A stretch of DNA of 62,865 nt from a virus (Duplodnaviria; Caudoviricetes): IMG/VR virus record IMGVR_UViG_3300034023_000183, positions 1 to 62,865 of that record. The stretch is one strand, 5' to 3'. Positions 10,201-20,087 of this stretch are shown in pieces (the first letter of the stretch is position 1; the number at the start of each line of letters is the position of its first letter). A program made the position numbers and the translations under genes. The notes under the pieces are model-generated. The model searched no databases. It had not been told where the DNA came from and saw only the letters and a list, made by a program, of their open reading frames with translations.

Positions 10201-13200
10201 AAGAAGAAATAGATACCAGAGTATCTGAACTTGAGGCAATGTTGGCGGATAATATTGCAGCTATCGAGGAGACAGGTACTGGCAAATTATCAGAGGCAGA
10301 AGTTGAGGCTGCACGCAGCGAAATTGAAGCATTGAAGTCTGAAGTTCCAGTAGAGACAGCAGCAAAGATGCCAGCCGCTAAGCCAGTGCCACCTATAGCG
10401 GAGACTACTGACACAAAGACCTACTCTGAGGCCCTTAGTTCTGCAAAGGCTGAACTCAAGGCAGAGGGTAAAGGATTAGACCTGCAGGTATCTGATGTAT
10501 CCCAAGAGGAGGCAGATCAGATTATAGCTGATGGAGGAAAGATATTCATGACTGAAGACGGACTGGCAGGAGCCTACGTTAAGAAGGACGGATATATGGG
10601 CGGTCTATTCAAGAGTCCTAGAGCTACATACAATAAGGTAGCGAAGTTGCTTCAGCAGGCACGTATTAAGGTAGGTGGTAGATTCATGGATGCTTATGCT
10701 ACAGAACTTGAGAAGATATACATAGAGAACGGATTCCGTCCAGTTGCACGACTTAAGTTCAATGAGGAGTATGCACCAGAAGGATGGGATGCACCAGGAT
10801 CAGCGTTGGCATCTAAGCCAGACGTTGTGTTCTTTGCGTATGATCCAGATGGAAAGTATAGCATAGGTGACGGTGAGTACGTGACTGACTATGACGCTGC
10901 ATACGAGATGGCCAAGAACTTTGATTCTAAGGTCTCTAATGAAGCAGACAAGTTGGCAGAGTTGATGAAGGGATCTACAGTTGTTGAGGGGACTGAACAA
11001 CAGGTTGATGCTTTAATAAAGGAGATAAGTAATTCTGAAGACGTTGTTTCTGAGCGTTATGTTCTTGAGGCGGTTAATAATGCGACAAAGGCATTGAGAG
11101 CTATACTTCCAAATGTGAAATTCGTACTTCACAGTACAGACGAGTCATTTAGAAAAGCTGTTGGTGAGACAAACGAGACAGACTCATCACGTGGAGCATT
11201 CGATCCTGGAAAGAAGGTTATACATATAAATCTTACAAAGGCAAACAGAAGAACTGTGATGCATGAGGTATTTCATGCTATTATCGTGTCTAAGGTATCA
11301 TCTGATGCTAAGCTTCAGAGCTTGACAAAGAACATGGTCAAATCTGTAATAAAGTCATTGAAGCAGTCTGGTGCAAATCAGAACGTAATTACTTATCTAG
11401 AGGAATTTTCAGCTGGATATAAGGCTGAGGAGCAAAATGAGGAGAAGTTGTCTGAACTTTTTGCATTGCTTGGAGAGACATATAAAAGTCTACCTTATCC
11501 AACTCAGAACATTATCCAACGATTCTTAGATAGAGTCGCAAAGATGTTTGGTCTTAAGGAGATGACTGACCGTGAGGTTGTAGATTTCATGAACTCATTG
11601 TCTGGCAGAGTTGAGGCTGGTATAGAAATTAGTCCTAAGGAGTTTAAGGTAAGTAAAGCTACGATCAAGAGTGCAGTAAAAAAATTCCAAGCTAATTTTA
11701 AAGATGAAGTATCTGGGCTTGAATTTGTCTATGATGAAAACGGAGAAAAATTTGCTGAACTAGAAAAGGATGGATTTATAACTAAGGATAGATCTATAAC
11801 AAACTTTGATGGTCAATACATGTTCTTTCATCAGCCAGATGCAGCATTCTCTGGAATGATAGTTAAGCGTAACAAAAAAACTGGAGAAGTTGAACTTTTA
11901 ATTGAAGGAAAGGGTGGAATGTATTACCCAATAAAATTCCATGAGAATGGGTTTTTCTGGGCCAGTACAAGCAAAGTAGCTGAAAAAATGGCTAATGACT
12001 TGAATGAAGCTATGGAACAAAATGGAGGTAAATTATTGATGGCCTTAACATCAGCTCCATACGATAAGCTTTTATCTAGCACTACAGCTGCAAATTCAGT
12101 TATGGACTTAATATCTTCAAAAGCATTTGATAGAAATTTTGCCATAAGTCCAGCTCAATTAAAAAATATATTAATAAACGCAGCCGCTTTCACTAAAGAG
12201 CAAAAAAATATTATCAAGGATAAAAACAAAAAACCTATTCTAGATAAAAACGGAAATGTTCAATATAGAATTAAAAATGTTGGTTTAGGAATTAAAATCA
12301 AAAAAGGAGATTCATTAGAAGATGTAAAATCAAAAATAAAAGAATTATTGAATCCAGACGCTAAATCATTTGCTGATAGAAAGACTTTTGTTGAGGCAAT
12401 GATAAAAGAGACTGTTGATATAATAAATTCAAATCCTAAAGCTATAAGTCAATTTGGAGAATTTTTTAGTACTGGAATACAAAACAAATATTTCAAGGGC
12501 ACAAGAAAGAAGGGATATAACATATCTACTGCAAATATGAAACAAGCTTTGTCTGAGATGTTGACAGAACCAATGCTGAAGGAAGGTGTTAATAGAGACA
12601 AGGGAGGACAGATATATGCAATAATAGAACTAGATGGAAAGGTTAAGCCAGTTGATTCTGATCTGCATGAATCATATCCTAAAGCTATACAATCAGTTGA
12701 TCCTAAAAACAATAAAGTTAAGCTACATATATTGACTGATCGAGTTAAATGGAACGAAGTAGCTGAAGATTTTGAGACCAATGATATTGTTGCCCCTGGG
12801 GATAGAGAATTAGAGATATTTCCTACTAGCGGTATATCTGTTAGAGCATTAAAAATAAACACCAAAAACATAGTCACAGAAGAGAAGGCTACTGAAGTTG
12901 AGGATAAATCAACCATCAAAAAGCAAAAACCACTACAGCCAGAGGTAGCTGAAAAGCTGACGGAAGACGGTAAGGGTAACTTTGTGTTCAATCACTACTC
13001 TGATAAAAAGAGAGATGTGATCAAGCCTGGAACGGGACAGAACATTATTACCAGCCGAGAGGAAGGTAGTGCGTTAAGTGCTGTCGGTGGATTGGCTCAG
13101 TACTACACAATGGACATGCAGAAGGAGATGGGTACTGGTCCTAACCAACACACCATACTCATACCTATGGACCGTGTGTACTACTTCAACAAGGATCAAG

Positions 13201-16200
13201 ATGGATTCTATGACGAAGCGAAGAGAAGATTTGAAGAGGTGCGTCCAGGTCAAGCATTCAGTCCGAACTACCAAGTGGCATTCATAACGCAAGTTGCGAA
13301 TGAGAATGGGTACGACATAGTTGTTGCTAACTGGAGAAACGGAGAGCTTCGTGCTCAGACTACTTTGGAGCTTACACCTTCAGACAAAATAATCAATTTC
13401 AAGCCATTGAAGGAGGTTACATATGAGGTAGGAGACACTATTGAAGTTTACGGTGGAAAGGCAAAGATCACTGCTATTGATGGTGATATAATAACTTTCA
13501 AGGGTGAAACAACTGGTGGTACTATAAACTTCAAGAGAAGTCCAAAGAGCATCCAGAAGGTAGCTACTCCAAAAGCACAGGTTGAGGAAGAGGTGAAGTC
13601 TCTAGATGAAGAGATGAAGCCTAAGATGAAGAAGCAAAGAGTAGATAAGGCATCTGAAAAACTTCAACAGTTATTTGAGAGAGATAATGTACCACTTAGC
13701 ATTCAAGAGGCAAAAGATATAGTAAATGAAGTTTATGACTGGACCACATGGTACGATGACTTAAAGTCATATGTTGACGGAATATTTGGAGAATACGCTG
13801 AGGATGTATTATCAATGTTACCTTTATCTTCTCAAGCTGCTAACAGTGCAACTACTGTAGCATTAGCAATAAAAAATGCAGAACTTATATACCAAGGAGA
13901 AAAGCCTGTAGGTGTTGCAGAGTACTATGGATATGTCACTGATTTCTTACAAGGCAAAGGAATAAAGTCAGATAAGATGTATAACTTCTTTAAGGCTTTG
14001 GATGGCGATAAAGATGCTATTGCTGTTGACATGCATGTTTGGTCAATAATAATGGGTAAAAATCCAGATAAAAAACAAGTAAACCCTAAAAATCAAGCAG
14101 AATTTGACAGAGCAAAAGAATTTATAAATACTTTAGCTACTGAAATGGGGCTTGCTCCAAGAGAGGTCCAAGCTGCATTATGGGCAGCAAATATAATGAG
14201 AACTGGAGGAAGACCAGATAGCTATGAAGAATACTTTAAAAAACAACTAGATGGAAAAGGACTTAAAGAAAGGATCGAAAACTGGAGGAACGAAGGCTAT
14301 AAGCCATTTTCTAAAGTTCGTAGAGAAAGAGAAGCAGAAAACCAACCAAAATTCAAAAAACAAAAGCCAAGCAAACAAGCAGACGTGATTGTGAAGACTG
14401 GTAAGGAGGCTGGGTTCTCTGACGCTGGTATCCGTGAGTATATGAAGCGTAACGGATATACTGACCGTCAAGCTACTGATGCGATAAGGGCATACAACGA
14501 CAAGAAGGAGGGTATATTTATCGATCCAGAGTGGTCTAAGTTGAGAAAGGCAGCCGTTATATTCAAGCGAAGATTCTTATTGTCTCGTGGATTAATGCCA
14601 AGTTCTGCATTTGCTTCATATGAAGAAAGTCAAGCTAACACAGCAAAAGATTTTAATAGAGCTGAAAAAACACTAGTTGACTTCAATCGTGCTATGAAAA
14701 AAGTTCCAAAGGCAGACAGAGATAAAGTTAGAATAGACTTTGATGAATATGTTCGTGGAGACAATACGGTATCTCTTCCTGCTGATTTGAAAAAAGTAGC
14801 AGATACTATGCGTGCTCACATTGATTCAATCTCTATAAGTTTAATAAACAGTGGAGTTGTTGATGAACACTTAGCACAAAAGATAAAAGACAATCTTGGA
14901 TCATATTTCACTAGGTCTTATAAGGTACATGACCGTGCAAACTGGAAGAATGAAGTTGAAGAAGATATAAAGCAGAAGGCCATAAATTTATTGAAGGTTC
15001 AATATAGGAAAATGGCAGAAGAAGAAGCTGCTAAGGAAAACATGGATGTAGAGGAAGCTCTTGACAACCTTGTTACTAATGCTGTTAATGATATGCTCAC
15101 TAAATCTGGTGCAGAGAACTTTGTTTCTGGAGGCAAAAAGGGAAGCAAGGATTTATCTATACTAAAGGAGAGACAAGATATTCCACTTGAGATTCGTATG
15201 TTGATGGGTGAATACACAGATCCAGCACAGAACTATGCAAGAACAATCCTTAAAATGTCTGCTCTTGCAGCAAATCATCACTTCTTAACAGAAGTAAAGA
15301 AGAATGGAACTGGGGTATTTTTATTTGAAAAGAATGATCCTAGAAGGCCTTTAGATTTTGATTACAAAATTGCGGCCGAGGGAAGTGAAACCATGAATCC
15401 TCTCAATGGTATGTACACCACTGAGGAGATAGGAAAGCAGTTTGAAGAACAATCATCTCAACTTAATGGTGCCCTTAAGTGGATGCTAGAAACATACATG
15501 AAGGTTCTATCTTCTGTCAAGTGGGGGAAAACCATTGGTTCAATCATGACTCACGCAAAGAACGTGTTTGGTAACCTTGGATTTGTTTTGCTAAATGGTC
15601 ACTGGAGAGTAAATGAAATGGGTAAAGCATACCAAACTGTAAGACGTGATTTGTGGTCAACAGATAATGAAAAATCTAGAGAATACATGAATCACCTAAT
15701 AGGTCTTGGTATTGTAAAACAATCTGCTGGTATAGGTGAACTTCGTGCAATGTTTAAGGATGCAGATTGGGATACTGCAATGGTTGAAAGACTAAATAAA
15801 AAATCTTCGTCTGCATTGGAATTTATTAAATATAAAATTGGTGGTAGAGTAAAAAAATTCCTAGAAGACAGATACCAAGCTGAGGATGACTTCTTCAAGA
15901 TTGTCGCATACGAGAATGAGCTTTCTAGATATTCTAAGGCTATGTTTGGCAAAAGAAAGACAGAACTTACTAAAGAAGAAAAGGCAGAGGTAGATAAGGT
16001 TGTAGCTGAAATAGTTAAAAACACTTATCCAACATACAGTAGAATACCAGAGCTTGTTAATGTAATTAGAAAATTCCCATTTGTTGGTAACTTTATAGCG
16101 TTCCAAGCGGAGTCATACAGAACTGCATTTAACACAGCAGCACTTTCACTAGAAGAGATTAGATCTAAAAATTTTAAAATTAGAATGATTGGTGCTCAAA

Positions 16201-17090
16201 GACTTGTTGGATCATTAACGTATATGGCAGGTAAGACTGCTATATTGTCTGCATTTTCTAATGCAGTTGGTATGGGATATGTTGGAATACTTGGATATTT
16301 TACGGATGATGATGATGAAAAGCAAAAAGAGAATGATGTTAGAAAATTCGTAGCTCCTTGGTCTAAGAACTCAGACCTAGTTGTTTTAAAGGCAAGTAAT
16401 GGAAAGATACGATACATAGACTTTAGTTCATCAGATCCTCACGGAGGAATCAACAAGGCACTAAACTCTGCACTATCTGGAAAGACTACCATTGACGGAT
16501 TCATAAATGCAATAGGTTCAACCATTGAACCATTTGTGGGTGAGGAGATGACAACGGCTGCAATACTTGCTGTAAAAAACAATCAAGACGCATACGGAAA
16601 ACCTATATACAATCCAGAGGATACATTCGCTCAAAAGTCTAAGGACATAATAGCTTATATGCTGAATGTTGTGCAGCCTGGGACCGTTAGTACAATGAAG
16701 AGGATATATGAATCTGAGAGTGTTCTAAATGAAGTTCTTGGGGCATCTACAGGTATGAGAGTATATGACGTGGATGTAGCTGAGAATTTTGGTTACTCTA
16801 TGATAACCTATAGAAATAGAATGGAGGATGCTAAGAGAATATACAACTCTGAGGTGTATTCAAAGGATGCGACAGATAAGTCTATTGCTGATGCAAAGAA
16901 GAGAGCCGAGAATGCAATAACTCAGATACACAAAGAGATATACGAAAGGTATTACTCGGCTGTTAGATTGGGTGCAAATGAGGATGTATTGTTTGACAAT
17001 ATAAAAAGATTTGGAAGAATGTCAAATATAGATATGCAGTTTATGTTTGGAGAGATTCCATATCTTATGGAAGAAAAATACGCAGAATAA
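7203..17090 (+). CDS. Large polyvalent virion protein (GNAT-like, zincin HExxH, ART-like, HhH glycosylase-like domains)
   Basis: 3295 aa; MDAYATELEKIY..NGF.PVAR.KFNEEYAP.GW; VMHEVFH; NHYS; AIAVDMHVW...REVQAALW. Confidence 0.7.
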   Translation: MNDKQKELYSYLRDNDLTDLDSTAFFSKYSDPSKSKEIYAYLKQNGMTDLDANAFHVAYFSPVKKKSTTVSPSVQKKKPTSSGTMPSWMQSSLEQSSKKEQAAKKTVVPKKAKSSNISLDVESLKNPNAPKKEKQDFDIYYGYPGQEKNQYRISNGRWQRKYGQNWVDVSNPGSIDSLTKFFKKEKEILKDEKVFTGFPGKENNRYRISELQNGQKVWEVQRSGQKDFTVIADQGSIDALNRQFNKKIQYNDDAQSKREAQINRRESASEDFKTVTGKLVGKESDEVSKYLNKLYGNRGFRFTPVGWLTDRIRVSAEGTDRTEIFELDNWTDNTDSAEALKLRKFLSENQQLGDYIDLEREEEKNAEKDILGTELTREDLDKQISRLRVAGNQAEFKSAQKQNTEENIAKGLNKNSTDVIEARKTLIRAKYDTNQRIDDLTKTAKTKSEKSELAAIAMANKGNFVETHKVDNEYINDLNKTSKALDGDLKQLKSDVDDFNAYIKENKITKEQLESDPELMAKKDSIQVRYDQLVASADEFEFESKKIPFIQQQNSRNAALYFAYNETRGSVIGSTWNGLVRGFLAPMQTFRVVDKEGLDNVVEFLGSSSTAEFAQSKDRNDLSRALLSTSESLGAAVMARLTGGIATEGTIASKALQFTPFFSISYNEMQNEINSIPGMNKVPWYKKEALCIAYGIGVGYLDKLSTDFSVKGKISNKIGRDLVLRSIAGLPKGASAEAIEMAIASNFKKSLAAGTIKIIAGSVVEGITEGVQSTYGTGLKEAYDWMNGVDEFDSREWISQALEETYYGALGGSIMSTPSALLKGTKDGFARLNPQQMELARKVIEDSNMRSMVITDIKTKLMSGEITKEEANSQMEAIKESQALFSKIPDNLSAESTSRAMDLIKERSVIEQQIKGKDKDLVIARTRRIAAINNELKVISENAIKESTEQQQEGTAEGGVVQREGVVEGQPEVGQGEGTVGQTTEQGTDIGDRTVEGRSQEEIDTRVSELEAMLADNIAAIEETGTGKLSEAEVEAARSEIEALKSEVPVETAAKMPAAKPVPPIAETTDTKTYSEALSSAKAELKAEGKGLDLQVSDVSQEEADQIIADGGKIFMTEDGLAGAYVKKDGYMGGLFKSPRATYNKVAKLLQQARIKVGGRFMDAYATELEKIYIENGFRPVARLKFNEEYAPEGWDAPGSALASKPDVVFFAYDPDGKYSIGDGEYVTDYDAAYEMAKNFDSKVSNEADKLAELMKGSTVVEGTEQQVDALIKEISNSEDVVSERYVLEAVNNATKALRAILPNVKFVLHSTDESFRKAVGETNETDSSRGAFDPGKKVIHINLTKANRRTVMHEVFHAIIVSKVSSDAKLQSLTKNMVKSVIKSLKQSGANQNVITYLEEFSAGYKAEEQNEEKLSELFALLGETYKSLPYPTQNIIQRFLDRVAKMFGLKEMTDREVVDFMNSLSGRVEAGIEISPKEFKVSKATIKSAVKKFQANFKDEVSGLEFVYDENGEKFAELEKDGFITKDRSITNFDGQYMFFHQPDAAFSGMIVKRNKKTGEVELLIEGKGGMYYPIKFHENGFFWASTSKVAEKMANDLNEAMEQNGGKLLMALTSAPYDKLLSSTTAANSVMDLISSKAFDRNFAISPAQLKNILINAAAFTKEQKNIIKDKNKKPILDKNGNVQYRIKNVGLGIKIKKGDSLEDVKSKIKELLNPDAKSFADRKTFVEAMIKETVDIINSNPKAISQFGEFFSTGIQNKYFKGTRKKGYNISTANMKQALSEMLTEPMLKEGVNRDKGGQIYAIIELDGKVKPVDSDLHESYPKAIQSVDPKNNKVKLHILTDRVKWNEVAEDFETNDIVAPGDRELEIFPTSGISVRALKINTKNIVTEEKATEVEDKSTIKKQKPLQPEVAEKLTEDGKGNFVFNHYSDKKRDVIKPGTGQNIITSREEGSALSAVGGLAQYYTMDMQKEMGTGPNQHTILIPMDRVYYFNKDQDGFYDEAKRRFEEVRPGQAFSPNYQVAFITQVANENGYDIVVANWRNGELRAQTTLELTPSDKIINFKPLKEVTYEVGDTIEVYGGKAKITAIDGDIITFKGETTGGTINFKRSPKSIQKVATPKAQVEEEVKSLDEEMKPKMKKQRVDKASEKLQQLFERDNVPLSIQEAKDIVNEVYDWTTWYDDLKSYVDGIFGEYAEDVLSMLPLSSQAANSATTVALAIKNAELIYQGEKPVGVAEYYGYVTDFLQGKGIKSDKMYNFFKALDGDKDAIAVDMHVWSIIMGKNPDKKQVNPKNQAEFDRAKEFINTLATEMGLAPREVQAALWAANIMRTGGRPDSYEEYFKKQLDGKGLKERIENWRNEGYKPFSKVRREREAENQPKFKKQKPSKQADVIVKTGKEAGFSDAGIREYMKRNGYTDRQATDAIRAYNDKKEGIFIDPEWSKLRKAAVIFKRRFLLSRGLMPSSAFASYEESQANTAKDFNRAEKTLVDFNRAMKKVPKADRDKVRIDFDEYVRGDNTVSLPADLKKVADTMRAHIDSISISLINSGVVDEHLAQKIKDNLGSYFTRSYKVHDRANWKNEVEEDIKQKAINLLKVQYRKMAEEEAAKENMDVEEALDNLVTNAVNDMLTKSGAENFVSGGKKGSKDLSILKERQDIPLEIRMLMGEYTDPAQNYARTILKMSALAANHHFLTEVKKNGTGVFLFEKNDPRRPLDFDYKIAAEGSETMNPLNGMYTTEEIGKQFEEQSSQLNGALKWMLETYMKVLSSVKWGKTIGSIMTHAKNVFGNLGFVLLNGHWRVNEMGKAYQTVRRDLWSTDNEKSREYMNHLIGLGIVKQSAGIGELRAMFKDADWDTAMVERLNKKSSSALEFIKYKIGGRVKKFLEDRYQAEDDFFKIVAYENELSRYSKAMFGKRKTELTKEEKAEVDKVVAEIVKNTYPTYSRIPELVNVIRKFPFVGNFIAFQAESYRTAFNTAALSLEEIRSKNFKIRMIGAQRLVGSLTYMAGKTAILSAFSNAVGMGYVGILGYFTDDDDEKQKENDVRKFVAPWSKNSDLVVLKASNGKIRYIDFSSSDPHGGINKALNSALSGKTTIDGFINAIGSTIEPFVGEEMTTAAILAVKNNQDAYGKPIYNPEDTFAQKSKDIIAYMLNVVQPGTVSTMKRIYESESVLNEVLGASTGMRVYDVDVAENFGYSMITYRNRMEDAKRIYNSEVYSKDATDKSIADAKKRAENAITQIHKEIYERYYSAVRLGANEDVLFDNIKRFGRMSNIDMQFMFGEIPYLMEEKYAE

Positions 17091-17094
17091 AAAG

Positions 17095-17122
17095 AAAGCC
17101 CAGTGATTAGCTGGGCTTTTTT
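17095..17122. terminator. Bidirectional intrinsic terminator between convergent late and early arms
   Basis: AAAGCCCAG-N7-CTGGGCTTT with A and T runs on either side. Confidence 0.8.
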
Positions 17123-17123
17123 A

Positions 17124-18239
17124 TTAGAACAGGTGCGTTAGGCGTGCAACCTGTCCGTGGTAGTAGTGGTGTATGAATGCCTCTACAGCCTTTGGTGAAT
17201 GCTGATAACCTTGACGGTGATGCCATCCATCTGTACCAGAGGGAGAGCGAAGTGTCTCAACGCAGACAGACATGATGTCCTTTGATGTCTTATGGTGAAC
17301 ATGGTGTCCATAGATGTACCTATGCTTACACTGATGCCATGACGCACCAGATTCGTGAGCCATTAACAATGGCAGGTCATCCCTCTTTGCTCCATCCATG
17401 TGTGTCATACCTATTAGGTTTTCACCATACACTGAGTACTTTCGGTGAGACATGTCGTTTTTGAATGTTACGTTTCTGTGGTTTCTAAACCAAGACTGAA
17501 CCGAATCGAGCAGCATGAATCCAGACATGAAGTCGTGGTTGGACGGATTGTACACCACCTCAACGTCAGCTATCTGTACAAGAGTCTCGATGATGTTAAC
17601 GAGCAGTCTTTTAGCGATGATGAAGTTTTCATACCACATACCGTCAGTGTCTTGAGGTGTACCGCTTGTAGTGGTACGCTTCGGGTTGTCGATGTGTAGG
17701 ATGTCGTTACCAGCGATAAAGATAATCTTGTCGATGTTGAATCCGTGAGCCTTTCTTATAATGCCATCTAGTCCCTCCTTAACACGTTTTACAGCGATCT
17801 GTTGGTTGTACTCCTCACCAGTCTCAAACGAGCTGCACAGCTTACCTATGTGAATGTCAGCTGGGCTGAACACTAGGCAGTGGGGGTCGCTTACTGGTGT
17901 ACGTCGAATCTCTGGATAGTTGGGGGACCACTTTGAAATCTCAGCGATGAGGTCCTCCTTGAAGTCCTCATAGTTGAACTCGTTGTTCTCTCCCTTCACG
18001 TTGATCGAGTAGTTCTTCCCCTTGTACCAGTAGTGCTTGACCTTTGAGGGATCAATTCCTACTTGTTCGCACTCGGTGAATACACCCATGTTCTTTGCTT
18101 TGTTAATAGCTACAGAAACATACTTGCGTAGATTCTCGCTCATTGGCATGTCAAACTCTTGCGAGATTTGCTTAGCAATTTCCGTCTTACTCAACAATCC
18201 ATTGTTGAATAGCTCGACAGCTCTTTCTTTATAATTCAT
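17124..18239 (-). CDS. Calcineurin-like metallophosphoesterase with N-terminal HTH-like region
   Basis: ADIHIG, GND..H.D, SNHD, H.D and GHHVHH motifs. Confidence 0.75.
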   Translation of the reverse strand: MNYKERAVELFNNGLLSKTEIAKQISQEFDMPMSENLRKYVSVAINKAKNMGVFTECEQVGIDPSKVKHYWYKGKNYSINVKGENNEFNYEDFKEDLIAEISKWSPNYPEIRRTPVSDPHCLVFSPADIHIGKLCSSFETGEEYNQQIAVKRVKEGLDGIIRKAHGFNIDKIIFIAGNDILHIDNPKRTTTSGTPQDTDGMWYENFIIAKRLLVNIIETLVQIADVEVVYNPSNHDFMSGFMLLDSVQSWFRNHRNVTFKNDMSHRKYSVYGENLIGMTHMDGAKRDDLPLLMAHESGASWHQCKHRYIYGHHVHHKTSKDIMSVCVETLRSPSGTDGWHHRQGYQHSPKAVEAFIHHYYHGQVARLTHLF

Positions 18240-18402
18240 CTTGATTTATGGATTTTTTTACGTCACGTAGAGTTTTTATGAGGTCATTGATTTTTTTGTT
18301 CGATTCCTCGAACTCTTTATCCATCAACGCCTCATAAAGCTCTGTAGTTAGAGTATTTATTTCATCCATTGTTGAGATGATATATTGCACATTAGATATC
18401 AT
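18229..18402 (-). CDS. Small hypothetical protein (57 aa, not in ORF track)
   Basis: MISNVQYII...INQDEL*; TACATTTG box at 18408-18415 just upstream. Confidence 0.5.
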   Translation of the reverse strand: MISNVQYIISTMDEINTLTTELYEALMDKEFEESNKKINDLIKTLRDVKKSINQDEL

Positions 18403-18443
18403 GCCAACAAATGTATGAACTTAATTTAATATAACCAAAAAAG

Positions 18444-18854
18444 TTATAGACCTAATTGGTCAAGTAGCTTATCGAACTCGATATTGGTTCTGTACAAAGC
18501 CTTCTTCTTTACTTTTGGTTTTTGTTTTGGGTTGTCTCCTAATATATAACCTACTAATTTTTTTCCAGGAGATCTGTAGTGACTGAATGGATACAAACCT
18601 TCTTCCATCCACTTAAACATGTTTGATTTAATGTCCTCACTGCATGTTGTATCAGAGCAGTATGTTGTTCTGTAGTAGTGCTGCTTGTCGTGGCTAATCT
18701 TTGTTATCCTTTTAATTTGATGAGGAGTGAACCCGAAATCATTTAACCTCATAATGTACTGGTATCTTAGCTCTGATACAAACTTACCAATTCTTAATCC
18801 TTCAATTTTTGAGAAGTACTTGCTAGCCATCTCAATTTCTTCCTTTGTCGCCAT
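18444..18854 (-). CDS. Hypothetical protein, possible HTH
   Basis: ORF in tight operon. Confidence 0.45.
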   Translation of the reverse strand: MATKEEIEMASKYFSKIEGLRIGKFVSELRYQYIMRLNDFGFTPHQIKRITKISHDKQHYYRTTYCSDTTCSEDIKSNMFKWMEEGLYPFSHYRSPGKKLVGYILGDNPKQKPKVKKKALYRTNIEFDKLLDQLGL

Positions 18855-19128
18855 AATGTTTAGTTGAAAATTTAATGTTTGATATTTCTATTTTTACCAT
18901 GTACCTTGAGAAGTTTTCCATGTTGATCCTATCTTTCACAATCATGCGAATCATCTGTATGTACTTATCCTCTGGTATCCTGTGGTCATGTTTGTTTAGT
19001 ATCATAGGCTGACCAGTCACCTTTACGATGACTGGTGACAACCTACTCTTCTTTCCGATGGGAGTCATTCTCACCACCGTGTCTGTTATGTAGACTGCCG
19101 TCGTATATTCTTGCTGTTCCGAATCCAT
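18832..19128 (-). CDS. Hypothetical protein
   Basis: ORF in tight operon. Confidence 0.4.
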   Translation of the reverse strand: MDSEQQEYTTAVYITDTVVRMTPIGKKSRLSPVIVKVTGQPMILNKHDHRIPEDKYIQMIRMIVKDRINMENFSRYMVKIEISNIKFSTKHYGDKGRN

Positions 19129-19336
19129 TGTCGTTTATTTCTTTAATCCTATATTCTTGCAGTGGTCGTGGTTTCTTTCCAGGCTGCTTTACCTCGTAGA
19201 ACTCCACGTTGCTTCCTGGAGGTATTGCCAGTATGTCTGGTATCCCAGGCTTGTTCGTTACCGATAACTTTATTACGTAGTATCCTTGAGCCTCAAGACT
19301 CTTGATCAGCTTCGTCTGGATCTTGCTTTCTAACAT
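19043..19336 (-). CDS. VRR-NUC domain nuclease
   Basis: ESKIQ...GIPDIL...FYEVK.PG..P.PLQ. Confidence 0.85.
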   Translation of the reverse strand: MLESKIQTKLIKSLEAQGYYVIKLSVTNKPGIPDILAIPPGSNVEFYEVKQPGKKPRPLQEYRIKEINDNGFGTARIYDGSLHNRHGGENDSHRKEE

Positions 19337-19553
19337 CTTTAAATTTACATGGGAACTTATGCAAGTATGGAGTCACCTGCTCAAGCTTGGCAAACTTAAT
19401 GTATTTTCCGTTCTTATCCAAAACTTTTATCTGATTTATTACTATGCCTACACCATCTACGTGTTCGTAGCGTGTAATCTCAAACGATGCTGGCTTTGGA
19501 ACGTCTAGGTCCATCTGCTTAATCAGCTCTTTTACCATTGGATTTTCTAACAT
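19293..19553 (-). CDS. Hypothetical protein
   Basis: Likely start MLENP. Confidence 0.45.
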   Translation of the reverse strand: MLENPMVKELIKQMDLDVPKPASFEITRYEHVDGVGIVINQIKVLDKNGKYIKFAKLEQVTPYLHKFPCKFKDVRKQDPDEADQES

Positions 19554-19890
19554 GATATTCTTTTTTAAGTATTTCTTTTTCTTCTGCCAGTCTCTCAATG
19601 AATGTCTCATCTCCGTCATCACCAGAAATCAGCCAGTCAATCCGCTGAGCATATATCTCGGCAAGCCTTAAGATGTAGTATCCTCGCTCAAACTCTTTTA
19701 TGACTTCATCTGGATACTTGTAGTGAAACTTGTCTTCTGGGTATTTTTCATACCATTTGGAGTCTTTCCAGAAATGATCCTTTAATTCTTCCTCTGTCAA
19801 TGGTTGACCGCTTTTCTTTATTTCTTGTTCAATATCATTTGCGATATGTCTAATTTTGTACTGGTTGTAATCAAATGCTCCTCCACTCAT
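19519..19890 (-). CDS. Hypothetical phage protein (MSGGAFDY type)
   Basis: MSGG.FDY...RIDWL.SGDDG is a recurrent phage motif. Confidence 0.55.
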   Translation of the reverse strand: MSGGAFDYNQYKIRHIANDIEQEIKKSGQPLTEEELKDHFWKDSKWYEKYPEDKFHYKYPDEVIKEFERGYYILRLAEIYAQRIDWLISGDDGDETFIERLAEEKEILKKEYHVRKSNGKRAD

Positions 19891-20087
19891 AACTTTTCTA
19901 TTTCTTTTTTAACTTCATTCCAATAACTAAGATGGCAATACAAATCTTCAAAACTAGATGAGGGATATGACATTTTTAGTATCTCATCTACTGCAATTAA
20001 AGCACATTGAATTCTTTCAATTGACATTAAACCACTTGGTAAATCAAACTTATCCACCAACTCCTCAGCCTTCTGTTTCTGTTTCAT
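19887..20087 (-). CDS. Hypothetical Bacteroidota-phage protein
   Basis: KAEELV.KF...CALIAVDEI...YW.EVK.EIEKL. Confidence 0.55.
   Translation of the reverse strand: MKQKQKAEELVDKFDLPSGLMSIERIQCALIAVDEILKMSYPSSSFEDLYCHLSYWNEVKKEIEKL

Noticed and set aside
7203-17090. Virion RNA polymerase
   Set aside because: No DxDxD catalytic motif seen; motifs fit a polyvalent protein instead
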